Assembly (NCBI RefSeq): GCF_004010195.1
Contig: NC_057751.1
Span: 7,184,133 to 7,248,132, forward strand
Source of the DNA: Chiloscyllium plagiosum
Taxonomy: Eukaryota
Reading direction: 5' to 3'
DNA length: 64,000 nt
The translations under genes and the position numbers were made by a program. Positions within the stretch are counted from its first letter, which is position 1. Each line of letters begins with the position of its first letter. Positions 13,057 to 24,710 of the stretch are shown piece by piece. Below the pieces are notes generated by a model. It was not told where the DNA came from and did no database searches. It saw only the letters and a program-made list of their open reading frames with translations.

Positions 13057-15499
13057 GGATGTTGCCTGACCTGCTGCGCTTTTCCAGCAACACATTTTTC
13101 AGCTCTGATCTCCAGCATCTGCAGTCCTCACCTTCTCCTATTTACAAGCAATGCAAGCCATCAAAGTTGAGGCAGCAGGGGGAGAATAGGGAGAGCAAAA
13201 AGGGATTGAATCAACATGGAGTTGGATGGGGAAATAAAGCACAGTGCCCCCTATAGTGTTCACCGCGTTCCAAAGGCATCAAGAGCATAGACAGACACGG
13301 TGTGCAATGAACATAACTGTGGAATGGGGGGGGGGCTGTACTTTATTCATGTAATCTGCCATTTGTTACAGACTGCCCAAATTCTATCAGTGTGTTCAGG
13401 AATCGTTATTTCTCCTCCCCCTTCCACAATGCAACAAGCATCTCAGGTGCTGTCTTTCTGGTCAGATAATATCTGAGGCGCCAGCCTGTCCTCTCAAGTG
13501 AGCACCAAAGAACCTGCGACCTGTTCCACAGATGAGCCCTCAAGTCCTGGCCAATATTTATCTCTCAACTCGCATTCTCGAAACTGGCTATCCAGTCACG
13601 GTCACAGTCCTGTTCATGGAAACTTGCCGAGAACACATCGCTTCACACGAGTTGGCCTCAAAACCAAGATATTCAATTGGCTGTAAGGCAGTACTGGACA
13701 CTCAAAGGTCAGGGGAAAAATAATGCAATTAAAATGCAGCCTTTTTTTTCAAAGGACCAAGTTCAAACAAGGTCCCTCCACCCCTGATTATCAGTCATGC
13801 CACTCCAAGTGCAAAGTCACCAGAAATCCAGAGTTAGCAACCCACACATCACATAAGATAATGTGTAATGAAAAAAATATACAGTGACTTCAAAGAGCAA
13901 CAACATCTTGCAATTATGTACTTCATTTAAAACAGTAGAATATCTCTGGATGCTTCAAAGGAGCGGAATCTGAGTGACACACTTAAGGAGATATATGAGG
14001 ACAGCTGACCAAAAGCATGGCCAACTTTGTAAATGTTAAGCAAGTCTTAAAGAAGGAGAGACAAAGGGAGGATAAAGGAATGAGAGAGGGAATTCTAAAG
14101 CTGAAGGCATCGCCACAGAGAATCACTGACGTAAACTTACTGTCTTGAGAACTCTGTTCCAAGACACATGAAAAAAATCTGCCTTCAAACTGTGGGAGTT
14201 GTTTCATCAAATGCATTGTACAGCGCAGTAGGTCATAGGTTCAGTCTTGCCTCCTCCTACGAAGGATTAGTGGTCACTAAAGTTCAGTTGACAAACAATC
14301 TCAGTGTCCACCTACTGGAAGCAAGTGGCAGAGTGGGGAATGACAAGACCCCCGTTCGAAATTCTTAACCAATGATCTCGACCATGCCAAGAATTGGGTT
14401 CAGTGCCTCGAACCAACGCTCAGCAAATTTGCCTTCTAGCATAAAGCGAGGGATCTTTGGTCAATGCACGGGATATTTAGCTGTCTGCCTCTGTATATCA
14501 CACAAAGATAGGAGGAAAAGATAACAAAGGCTGCAAGTCAAATTAGGAGCACTGGCAGGTACGAGTCACACACCTCCTGCCCCATTATGAAGCACATTGC
14601 CAAAATGTCACTATTTTATTTCCAGCAGATGCTGGAAATCTAAAATAAAAATAAACATTGGAGATACCCAACAGGTCAGGCAGCATCTGTGCAGAGATGA
14701 AAAAAGGCATTCCTATTTCAAGACTCAAATACAAGCTGAAAATGACGCTGCCCGTTAAATCCACAAGTTACAATTGAAGCTCTCCTTTTCAAAAGACTTG
14801 CAAGGAATTTCAAGTCAAGTGCAAAGAGCAGTTTTATCACTGTAGGAACTTAGGCTTTTCTCAGCGACCCAACTTAAATTTGGAAATGTTGAGTTCTCGC
14901 CATTATCCTCCTCTCTGCCTTATTTTCCCTATTAATGAAAGGGTTCCAATGGTGGGGTACAATCCCTTTTGTTAATCATCAATCACCACATCCTCAATTT
15001 CATTACATCATCAATGGCATTCGAACTGAAAAAGGACCACACCTCCACTGCTTCTGCAAATGAACTGCAGTTGTACCAGTTCTTTTGCTAATTCAGGCTA
15101 CTCTTCCACAAGTTGAGCGTGACCTACAATCGAGAAACTGTGTCACCCTCGATTGGTTTCCCGCCATCTCGATTTGACAGATTGATATCTCACTGCAGTT
15201 TAATGTCACGGCTTCAGGCCTTCAAAACACCAGATAAATCAATGTCCTGGATTCAGAAATGTGCCAAATGAAATCCTGCAACCCTCTCCTGCAGACAGGA
15301 AAATGCAAAGATGCAAATCTGAAAGAAACCCAAAGATACTTGTCAAGCCGTACATGCCTTGCAGAACAAAAATGGTACAGGTTGTGTGTTTTGGAAAGAA
15401 TTTGGGCTAAATCTGAAGGATAAACATAGCTACCCTCTGCTACTATTGTAAACACCTAGTCAATTGTGTTGATTGATGTGGCCTTGGGTTTTATTTTTG

Positions 15500-17335
15500 G
15501 AAACCATAAAAGCAACAATCTGCATTTGTATGGAAGATATAGAATGTAGGGAAATAGATGGTGACATCTTGAAAGTTTTCCATATTATAGAGGAGGAAGT
15601 GTTGAATGTCTTGAAATGCATAAAAATAGCAAAGTCCCCAGGACCTGATCAGGTGTACCCTCGAACTCTGTGGGTAGCTAGGGAAATCATTGCTGGGCCC
15701 CCGCTGAGATATTTGTATCATCAATAGTCACAGGTGAGGTGCCAGAAAACTGGAGATTGGCGAACATGGTGCCACTATTTAAGAAAGATGGTAAGGACAA
15801 GCCAGGGAATTGTGGACAGATAAGCCTGACGTCGGTGGTGGGCAAGTTGTTGGAGGCAATCCTGAGGGACAGGATGTATTTGGAAAAATGAGGACTGATG
15901 AGGGATAGTCAACATGGTTTTGTGCGTGGGAAATGATGTCTCACAAATTTGATTTTTTTTTAAGAAGTAACAAAGAGGATTGATGAAGACAGAGCAGTAG
16001 ACATGATCTGTATGGACTTCAGTGAGGCGTTCGACAAGGTTCCCCATGGGAGTCTGGTTAGCAAGGTTAGATCTCATGGAGAACTAGCCATTTGGATACA
16101 GAACTGGCTCAAAAGGTAAATGACAGAGGGTGATGGTGGGGGGTTGTTTTTCAGATTGGAGGCCTGTGGCCAATGGAGTGCCACAAGGATCGGTGCTGAG
16201 TCCACTACTTTTCGTCATTTATGTAAATGATTTGAATGTGAGCATTAGAGGTACAGTTAGTAAGTTTGCAGATGACACCAAATTGGAGGTATAGTGGACA
16301 GTGAAGAAGGTTGCCTCAGATTACAACGGGATCTTGATCAGATGGGCCAATGGGCTGAGTGGCGGCAGATGGAGTTTAATTTAGATAAATGCGAGGTGAT
16401 GCATTTTGGGAAAGCAAATCTTAGCAGGACTTATACACTTAATGGTCAGGTCCTAGGGAGTGTTGCTGAACAAAGAGACCTTGGAGTGCAGGTTCATAGC
16501 TCCTTGAAAATAGAATCACAGATAGATAGGACAGTGAAGGATGTTGTGAAACTTGAAAGGGCTCAGAAAAATTTGTAAGATGTTGCCAGGGTTGGAGGAT
16601 TTGAGCTATAGGGAGAGGCTGAATGGGCTGGGGCTGTTTTCCCTGGAGCATTGGAGGCTGAGGGGTGACCTTATGTAGGTTTATAAAATCATGAGGGACA
16701 TGGATAAGGTAAACAGACAAAGTGTTTTCCCTGGGGTCGGGTAGTCCAGAACTGGAGATCCTAGGTTTAGGGCGAGAGGGGAACGATATAAAAGATACCA
16801 AAGGGGCAACTTTTTCACGCAAAGAGTGGTACGTGTAGGAATGAGCTGCCAGAGGAAGTGGTGGAGGCTAGTACAATTGCAACATTTAAAAGGCATCTGG
16901 ATGGGAATGTGAATAGGAAGTGTTTGGAGGGATATGATTAGATTAGATTCCCTACAATGTGGCAACAGGCGCTTCGGCCCAACAAGTCCACACCGACCCT
17001 CCACCCAGACCCATTCCCCTACATTTACCCCTGACAAATGCACCTAACATAATGGGCAATTTAGCATGGCCAAGTCAACTAACTTGCACATCTTTGGACT
17101 GTAGGAGGAAACCAGAGCACCCGGAAGAAACCCACACAGGGAGAATGTGCAAACTCCACACAGACAGTTATCTGAGGCGGGAACTGAATCTGGGTTCCTG
17201 GCGCTGTGAGGCAGCAGTGCTAACCACTGAGCCACCATGCTGCCATGCTAGCAGGTGGGACTAGATTTGGTTGGCATATCTGGTCGGCATGGACAAGTTG
17301 GATCGAAGGGTCCACTTCCGTGCTGTACATCTATG
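15500..17335 (+). mobile_element. 5'-truncated, decayed CR1-clade LINE interrupted by a SINE
   Basis: RT motifs KSPGPDQVYPR, MDFSEAFDKVPH, GVPQGSVL, KFADDTK and QMEFNLDKCEVMHFGK; the CR1 3' end resumes after 17245. Confidence 0.9.
16936..17244 (-). mobile_element. tRNA-derived SINE (HE1/V-SINE type)
   Basis: Minus-strand 5' GGCAGCATGGTGGCTCAGTGGTTAGCAC (A box), degenerate B box, (AATCT)n tail. Confidence 0.88.
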
Positions 17336-17924
17336 TGGCAGCTTTCAAATAGGAAAACATTCCCAACTGTCTTTGCAGGAACCCTAAATTATAGAATTGT
17401 GAGGGCAGAGTCAGAAATGGAGATATGGGACTAAAAGTTAGGTCAACGAGGTGGATTTTAAGCAATGTCGTGAAGGTGAAGAAAGAGAGACAAAGAGAGA
17501 GCAGATGGGAGAGGTATTTCCAGAGATGAAGGCCTTGGATGACGGAAACACGCCACTAATGAAAATCAGGGATGCCCGAGAATTGGATGGGTGGAGGATA
17601 TTATGGAAGATGGTGGAGCAATAGCATATTAAACTCAGGAGAAGCAATAGAACAAAATATGTGTGTGGATAACTGAAGGAAGATTCGTTGAATGTTTACT
17701 GCAGTCCATGCGACAGTCACGTTGTTGCCTTTTCATGCTGAACATAGAACTCATGTGACCCCTGCTCATATTTTCTGTTCCCCAGCTATGCTGCAAACGA
17801 GAGATCAAGTTGAAACCCCACATCTGTGCATCCCACACCAAGCACTGCATCTACTCCAGGTGACTGGAGATGATCATTTCTCATGAGGCCTTATGTAAAG
17901 ATGTGCAGACCTTGGAGAGAATTT

Positions 17925-18262
17925 TTTTTCTTTATTCATTCACTGAGTGAGGGTGCCACTGGCTAAGCAGCGTTTATTGTCCATCCCTAATTGCCAAAAA
18001 GGCTGTGGGTCTCGAGTCACCTGTTGGTCAGGCCTGTCGGTGAGGATGGCAGTTTCCTTCCCAAAAGAACACTAGTAAACCAGATGGGTTTTTCCGACAA
18101 TCGACAATGGACTCTGGTCATCATGAGACTCTTATATCCAGATTACTTTCTTCAAATTCAGAATCCACCCTCGGCTGTGGTGGGATTCAAACTGGGGCTC
18201 CCCAAATATGATCTGGCTCTCTGGATTAACAGTCCATCCATACCACTGTGCCATCACCTCCC
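17925..18262 (-). mobile_element. Second tRNA-derived SINE family (degenerate)
   Basis: tRNA-like head on the minus strand at ~18180-18262. Related heads lie at ~6700-6786 and 63962-64000. Confidence 0.55.
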
Positions 18263-18521
18263 CAAATCAATCATAGCTCACTGGACTATTGCTAGGATGA
18301 TGCTTTGTCCTCCCAAAGAAAATAAGCAAAACTAGCCCGACATTCCATAGGGTTACGGATGTGAACACGAAAATATTTCAGTCATCCAAATGAGACAGGT
18401 GGAGGAACAGGTTCAAAGGGCCATATGACCCCCTGTTGCCCCTCTTTCTTGTTATGTTGAAAACAAATCACAGGTACTTGCACCATACTGTTAAATTGAC
18501 AAACTGTAAAACGTGGCTTAC

Positions 18522-19247
18522 CTGATGGTGGGGCAGCCAGTTGCTGTTGCCATCTGTCCTCAACGGGTTCTCTTCCATCCACGGTTTCGAAGCGAATGCC
18601 GGGCGGCCCCTGTTCAGTTTTGGAGGCACCATCATGTGACTGGAATAGGACCTCTTGGAGGAGCAGGAAGGAATGGAGTTTGAGATGCCCATTACTCCAG
18701 TTGACCTTCTCAGTCCCCTCCCGCAGTTATTGCTGACACTGCCCCAGCCGCCACTCCCTCCTCCGGTCGGCTGTTGGTGGCTGCCCCAGTTCAGAGCCCT
18801 GAAGGTCTGCTGCTGCTGCTGCAGGCTGTAGCTGTTCCTTTGGGAGGCGGAAGAGGTGGTGTTGGTGCCTTGGTGAGGGTGGTGTCCTAGAGGCGATCTC
18901 CTGTGCTGCTGCGCCAGCCCCATCTGCTGCACCGAGGGGAAAGTCCCTCCAAAGAGGGGCCCCAGGTGCACCATCTTGGGTAGCAACATGGCAGTTGGCA
19001 GGACTCCTTGCTGGAGTAGGCTTTCCTCACCGGCCTGGCTCGTGGACCATCCCAGAGCGTTGAGTGTCGAAGTGCTGCCTCCTTGCTCTTGCAGAACCAA
19101 GCCGGCCGGGGCAGGCGGGCAGTCGAGCTGGGAGGAGGAGGAGGTGGACCCATCGCCGCAATTGACCTCAGAACTTTTCAAGGACTCCAGGTTTTGCTCC
19201 AGATAGGGGCAGCAAACTGGTTGCCTTTTAGTGTCATTCTGGAGCAT
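18522..19247 (-). CDS. CPEB2/3/4-subfamily RNA-binding protein, first long coding exon (N-terminal disordered region, 242 codons)
   Basis: Translation carries CPEB2-4 N-terminal motifs: FGGTF, QQHRRSP, SQRNSY, GRGLRR, VPPK, WMEENPLRTD..N.LP..Q. It ends phase 0 at CAG|GTAAGC (donor 18521). No symbol is given because the paralogue identity is uncertain. Confidence 0.88.
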
Positions 19248-19399
19248 GTCTGGATTGGCAAAGGAAGGGTGGTGGGGGGGAGGAGGAAGGGGATGGGAGG
19301 GGGAGGTTTTTTTTTTGCCTTTCTCTCAACCCCCCCCCTCTCTGTCTCTCTCTTGCTTCAGGAGGGGGTGCAGAGGAAATAACAGTTGGCAGAAAGTCA

Positions 19400-20900
19400 G
19401 TGCAGTTCGTGGCGTGGGACGTCGATCTCAGCTTTGCCCTGCCCAGCGCAGCGATGTTGTTAACAGCTGAGTCGCCCCAGTCTCCCAACTAGAAAATGCA
19501 CATCAAAGAGGGAAGGGGGTGGAAAAAGGGATGATAGATAAATAAATAAATAAATATATAAATAAATAAATCGAACGCGTCCGTACCAGCCAATGCAACG
19601 AAAACGAAAGCACAGACACACCGCCACAGAAAGGCGATCACCACCAGTTTTGTTTTTGTGTGTGTTACGTGAGTGCTTTTTTCTCTCCCCCCTTCCCACT
19701 GCCTCCTCCTCAGTTCCTCATCGATCGCGTCAAAATGGAATAAGCAAGATCACAAGATGATGTTTAATGACCTGCTCATCGCCTCTTTACTCCGGAACTG
19801 AAGCTCTGACACTCCGAAGCATTCTGGTTGCTCTGGATTTTTTCTGTCTGTGTGTGTGTGTGTGTTTTTTCCAGTCCTGCACCTGACCTGCGCAGGGCAA
19901 TTTTGGCCCCAGTTTCCACTTTGCGGCAATAAGAGACACCCAATTCCGTCTTGTTTCTGACCCCACCTCCGAGCCCAGCCTTTCTCCCTCCCCTTTATAA
20001 TTTCATTGCAATTTCTCCTTCACCCCACCTTTCCTTTCCTAAATGCTTTCCCGATTGGTGCTTTGAACCGAATGTTTTAAGAAACATAAATGGGTCGAGG
20101 GCGGATTATTTTTATTTTTTTGGGGGGGGGTGGTTTTGTTCCCCTGTCCAAATCCCACAGTCTCTCATGGGCTGGCAGCTGTCATTATTGTGAGTCGGGG
20201 GAGGTCTTTTTTTGCAAGGACGCGTGGAATCTGAAACATCTCGTCTCCCGAGCGTGCAGCGCAGGCCATTCGGCCCACTACACCGATGCTGCCGCGCCTT
20301 CCTCCACTCGCTGGAGTTGCTCCCATTTGCTCAGCAAAAGTGCAACTTTTTTGGCCGGTGTTGCGAACGCCAAGTGTAAGCAGAGGGTGCTGGAAATACT
20401 CAGCCCCCCCCTCCCCTGCGGTGCAGCCTGACCGGCTGAGCATTCCAAGTGTTTTCTGGCTTGTTCCCTTTCAACGTGACCTTCAGTCGATCTGTTGTTT
20501 TTGTTTCCCCCCCCCCCCTTCTTGCCTGCCCTCGCCTCGCCTCTTTGCAAAACTTTCTCCCTCAAATGCGTCATTCATTCACCTTAACCGCTCCCTGTTC
20601 CGCATTCTCAGAGCAGTTTGTCTTTATTTTTTGCAAAAAAACGAACAATTTGTGTTTATTTTTAGTTTCCCCCGACCCACTGTGTGACACAAGGCTACGT
20701 TCTATCATTTGTTGCAGTCATGCATTCACCTCTGGAAGATGCACAAAGTTGCAGTTTTGTTTTTGACACAAATAGCAACGTAAGGTGCTGGTGAAACGGA
20801 CCCCCACCACACACACACCCGAACACCCATGCAAATTCTCAAGCAGAGTACAATGCAGGATTGGAGGAAAATGTGCGGAATCGTGCTGTCATGGCCTTCA
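19400..20900. promoter_or_regulatory. CpG-rich 5' leader/promoter region of the CPEB-like gene
   Basis: CpG density is visibly higher than in the flanks, there are no recognisable transposons, and it lies directly upstream of the CPEB ATG. It contains (AAAT)n at ~19538-19572 and (TG)n at ~19849-19865. The TSS cannot be determined. Confidence 0.6.
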
Positions 20901-21829
20901 TTATTTCCTATAGATGGATGAATTTGGAAACTTGTAGTTTGCAGGTGGCAGTTGTGGTTAGATTACAATCGAGGTGTGATATGGAGTTGCAAACAATGCG
21001 GGTGTTGGGGCGGGGGAGAGGGTAAGAAAGCAAACCAGAGAAGGGAAGAAACGCAAGTGCCCCGATAGAATTTTTTAATGGCATTCACTCAAGGAGTGGC
21101 TATTGGGGGGTGGGATGCCAGGGTGATAATGTGCTAAAGGCAGGTCGATGACGTGCTGTCCAAGGTCCAACAGGTTGTCATCAACTAATTTGCGTGACCA
21201 GTGCCAGCAGTTTCCTGTCACATTTAAACATTGTCCCTCTGCTGCACCAGTGCAAGATAATGGTTGAATCCTAATGTTCCTGGCCTCGATTTTGATCTCC
21301 TCCCACTGTTCCACCTCCTCCTCTGAAACTATCCATGAGCTCCAATTCTTCCTTCGCGTTTGGTCACATTATTTTTACAAAAAAATACCCACAAATGAAG
21401 GTGAGCTGCTGAATTTTGAAAAGTGGTTGTCCTGCAGATTCTCTGGAACAAGAACTCCTCACTCCTACAACAGCTTCTGGGAGTTGTAGTGTTTGTGTGC
21501 TGACATAAGGGAAGTGACAGAAGCATTTTGCAAACTACAGCTCCCAGAATCCAGCTCTCCAACACCAGGGTTACCATGCAGTTCCCGAAATTAGTGTACG
21601 TAATCATTCCCAGCCTCCGCCTTATTTGGCACTCTGCCTTCTGAAGGACCATTGTGTTTTCTGCCTGCTGTTCAATGTGAAACACTGAGTTGAAAATGAC
21701 AGCAAAGACAGTCTGCACAGAGTGAGACCGCCAATATTTGCAATATATTTGGAATTTTTTCATCCCACATTGGCCATTGTTCCTTGATTGGATGTCTCTC
21801 TTGAAGGGACTGACACTTGCTCATTTCTA

Positions 21830-21949
21830 AAAATCACACAACACCAGGTTATAGTCCAACAGGTTTAATTGGAAGCACAGCTCCGAAAGCTGGTGTTGTG
21901 TGATTTTTAACTTTGTACACCCCAGTCCAACACCGGCATTTCCAAATCA
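21830..21949. mobile_element. Miniature palindromic insertion of a third Penelope-like terminal family, 13-bp TSD
   Basis: AAAATCACACAACACCAG ... CTGGTGTTGTGTGATTTT; TTGCTCATTTCTA at 21817-21829 and 21950-21962. Related pieces lie at ~6590-6685, ~9750-9885, ~22820-23272 and ~44675-44765. Confidence 0.75.
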
Positions 21950-22399
21950 TTGCTCATTTCTAGTTGCTTAGCCCCTTTTCTTACAATCAGCTGTATCTCT
22001 TCATGAAGACATATCCCTGTGTATCTAAGGTTGATAATCAATGTGAAATATTGTAGAAAAATTGCAAGACAAAATTCTACTATTTCATCAATTACAAATG
22101 TTGACACCATGCGAATCAAGGGCAAGATGTCTTACAAACCCACCCCCCCCCCAAAGATTCATATCAGTGTGTTTTGGAAGCTATTTCCACGTCGACAAGA
22201 AGTCTGGCTGTGACCATCTTTGCAAAAGCCCTGTCTGTGACTCTGCCTTAACTGTTCCGTAACTGCTGAAACCATCATCTTTGCCCTCACTCCTCCAAGA
22301 CTTGATCATTCCAATGCACTCCTGGCCATGCTGCTATATTCTACACATAAAACCTTGTTGTCATCCAAGTTTCTGAAGGCTAACTCTGACAAAGTCCCA

Positions 22400-23452
22400 T
22401 TGATTTTATTGGTCAGAGCATTGAGTATAGCAGTTCGAAAGTCATATTGCAGCTGTACAGGACATTGGTTAGACCCCATTTGGAATACTGCATTCAATTC
22501 TGGTCTCCCTGCTATGGGAAGGATGTTATGAAACTTGAAAGGATTCAGAAAATACTTACGAAGATGTTGCAGGGGTTGGAGGGTTTAAGGTATAGGGAGA
22601 GCTTGATTAGGCTGGGGTACTTTTCCCTGGAGCGTTGGAGGCCAAGGCTATTGATTTCTATCGATTTATAAAATCATGAGGGACATGGATAAGGTGAATA
22701 GCCAAGGTCTTTTTTCCCAGGATAGGGTGTCCAAAACTGGAGGGTATAGGTGAGATGGGAAAGATTTAAAAGAGACCTCAGGGACAACATTTTTGTGCTG
22801 AGGCTAGTGTTTGCAGATACATTCTATTTTGTTCTAAAAAGCACACGATCTGCTTGCAGTCAGTCCATGTGGCATTTTATAAATTATTACTTTGGAAATA
22901 GAACCAGTTTGACTCAAGTTTGGGATACAGACAGACTGTAACCTCACACCTTTAACACATTGTCTGAGTTGAGATGTCACTTTTTTTAATAGTGATAAAA
23001 CCTTAAGCGGTCTCAGGAATGTGACTTGAAAGATATTCTGGGATTTACATATTAATCAATCGGAACCTACAAACCCATTCTAAGTGATTAAATACTTAAC
23101 AGCAATCTAGATTTATTCAATACATTGCATCAGTTGAATGACACTTGGATTTTAAATGATAAATTCTATGTCCTATGATCCTGCCTCATTAGCTACCTGA
23201 CGAAGGAGCAGTGCTCCAAAAGCTTGTACTTTCAAATAAACCTGTTGTACTGTAAACTGATATGTGATTTTTATCAGTGTATGGAATGAGCTGTCAGAGG
23301 AGGTGGTAGAGCTTGGTACAATTACAACATTTAAAAGGTATATGGATGGGCACATGAAGAGGAAGAGTTTAGCGGGGTCTAGATTAGTTTAGGATATCTG
23401 GTCGAGTTGGACCGAAGGGTCTTTTCCTGTGCTGTACATCTCTTTGACTCTC
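22400..23452 (+). mobile_element. CR1 3' fragment split by a Penelope-like insertion
   Basis: LYRTLVRPHLEYCIQFWSP...KLERIQK; the tail resumes at ~23276. Confidence 0.85.
22820..23272 (+). mobile_element. Penelope-like 3' region inserted in a CR1 3' end
   Basis: Interrupts collinear CR1 sequence; ends in a degenerate hammerhead motif CTGACGAAGGAGCAGTGCTCCAAAAGCTT (23197-23225). Confidence 0.65.
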
Positions 23453-24371
23453 AGTGATGTTTGCTGCAAGAAGTAATGTTTACAGAGCAAAAGCGGAGTG
23501 GGCAAGTATCAAAGGAGCAGATTAAGAAGCTGACCTGCGCTGAGACCAGCAGCAGAAAGAAATCATGAACTATAATGTGATACAAGTCCAGGAAAGGAAC
23601 AGTTTCATGAATCAGAATGGTGAATATTTGTTGTCTTTAAATCAAGTAACTCAGTTTGTGTTTAGCTCTCATTTTTTCTTAAAAGCCTTGTCAAATGTCA
23701 AGTTGATACAGTTTTTAAGCAGTTATCATAAACTATGAAGTACAGGGAGTATAGCATAATTAATTGAAAAAATATGATAATGCTAATATGTACAGATGTT
23801 GTGTTACTGAACATGAAGCGAATGCATCTTTAGGAAGTATTTGTAGCTCGAGCAGTTTCAAATCTAAGTTGAGGAGCCAGAGTGTGAGTTGGACATATCG
23901 AACAATATTAGAGAGGAGGAAGGCTACCTGGAACGTTGCAACAGGAGCCAGTCACACCGTTCAGACTTAGTAATTCAAAATTAAATTTCGAGTCTGATCA
24001 ATGATTGGAGGGTGTGACTGCGGGTGAGGTTGGCATAGGGCCTCCAGGGATCATTTGAGGAGACTTGCCTTGGCAGTGCTACAACAGTTATAATTTTCCT
24101 GCATGCTGTGTGAACAAGCGAGAGGACTACAGGGAATATGGATAAACTTACCAGAGCATCATGATACAGGGAGCCATTTGAGCAAGGGGGGAGGGGAAGG
24201 AAATAGTAGAGGGACAGTGTAATTAGGGAGATAGATACTGTTCCCTGTTGGGTATGAACTTATGGGATTATGAAATGATCATATAGGATGATGAAGACAT
24301 GGTTCCAAGATCAACATGGAGTCGCAGAGTCAGAGTCATATGCACAGAAACAGACTCTTTGGTCCAACCAG

Positions 24372-24710
24372 ATTCTGGATCAGTGGTGCTGGAAGAGCAC
24401 AGCAATTCAGGCAGCATCCAACGAGCAGCAAAATCGACGTTTCGGGCAAAAGCCCTTCATCAGGAATAAAGGCAGAGAGCCTGAAGCGTGGAGAGATAAG
24501 CTAGGGGAGGGTGGGGCGAGGGAGGGCGGAAGATGAGGTGTTCTTCCTCCAGGCGTCTGGTGGTGAGGGAGCGGCGGTGAAGGAGGCCCAGGACCTCCAT
24601 GTCCTCGGCAGAGTGAGAGGGGGAGTTGAAATGTTGGGCCATGGGGCGGTTTGGTTGATTGGTGCGGGTGTCTCGGAGATGTTCCCTAAAGCGCTCTGCT
24701 AGGAGGCGCC
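24372..24710 (-). mobile_element. Penelope-like 3' fragment (GIY-YIG tail plus terminal region) nested in a CR1 3' end, 8-bp TSD
   Basis: Translation RLLAERFREHLRDTRTNQPNRPMAQHFNSPSH; CCAACCAG at 24364-24371 and 24711-24718. Confidence 0.88.
24432..24467 (-). ncRNA. Minimal type I hammerhead ribozyme motif (intact core)
   Basis: Minus strand reads AUUC-CUGAUGA-A-GGGC-UUUU-GCCC-GAAAC-GUC-GAUU. Core and stem II are perfect, stem I is weak, and stem III is only the palindrome ACGU. Confidence 0.7.

Larger units (their letters stand above)
12080..13138 (+). mobile_element. Penelope-like element fragment: GIY-YIG endonuclease C-terminus with inverted terminal arm, 16-bp TSD, internal assembly gap
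   Basis: ORF reads IYCIHC...LLYIGETG..LAERFREH...VAQHFN (GIY-YIG). 12080-~12505 is the reverse complement of the 3' part. TATTTACAAGCAATGC is present at 12064-12079 and 13139-13154. Confidence 0.9.

Noticed and set aside
12368-13069. Host GIY-YIG nuclease gene
   Set aside because: It is a chimeric ORF across the inversion junction of a truncated Penelope element bounded by TSDs, and several similar copies occur in the window.
2331-18521. Mammalian-type CPEB3 HDV-like ribozyme
   Set aside because: No match to the recalled sequence was found by eye on the sense strand. GGGCCACAGC at ~395 is on the wrong strand and in a different intron. A structural descriptor search is needed to exclude a divergent HDV fold.
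18522-19247. Labelling the gene CPEB3 from MARCH5 adjacency
   Set aside because: The neighbours are B-type Arp1 and a march5l-type ligase, the orientation differs from human CPEB3/MARCH5, and the sequence is too diverged.
19234-19488. ORF MGDWGD... resembling the CPEB4 start MGDYG
   Set aside because: It begins at TTG, is out of frame with the CPEB exon and shows no further similarity. A homopolymer error cannot be fully excluded.
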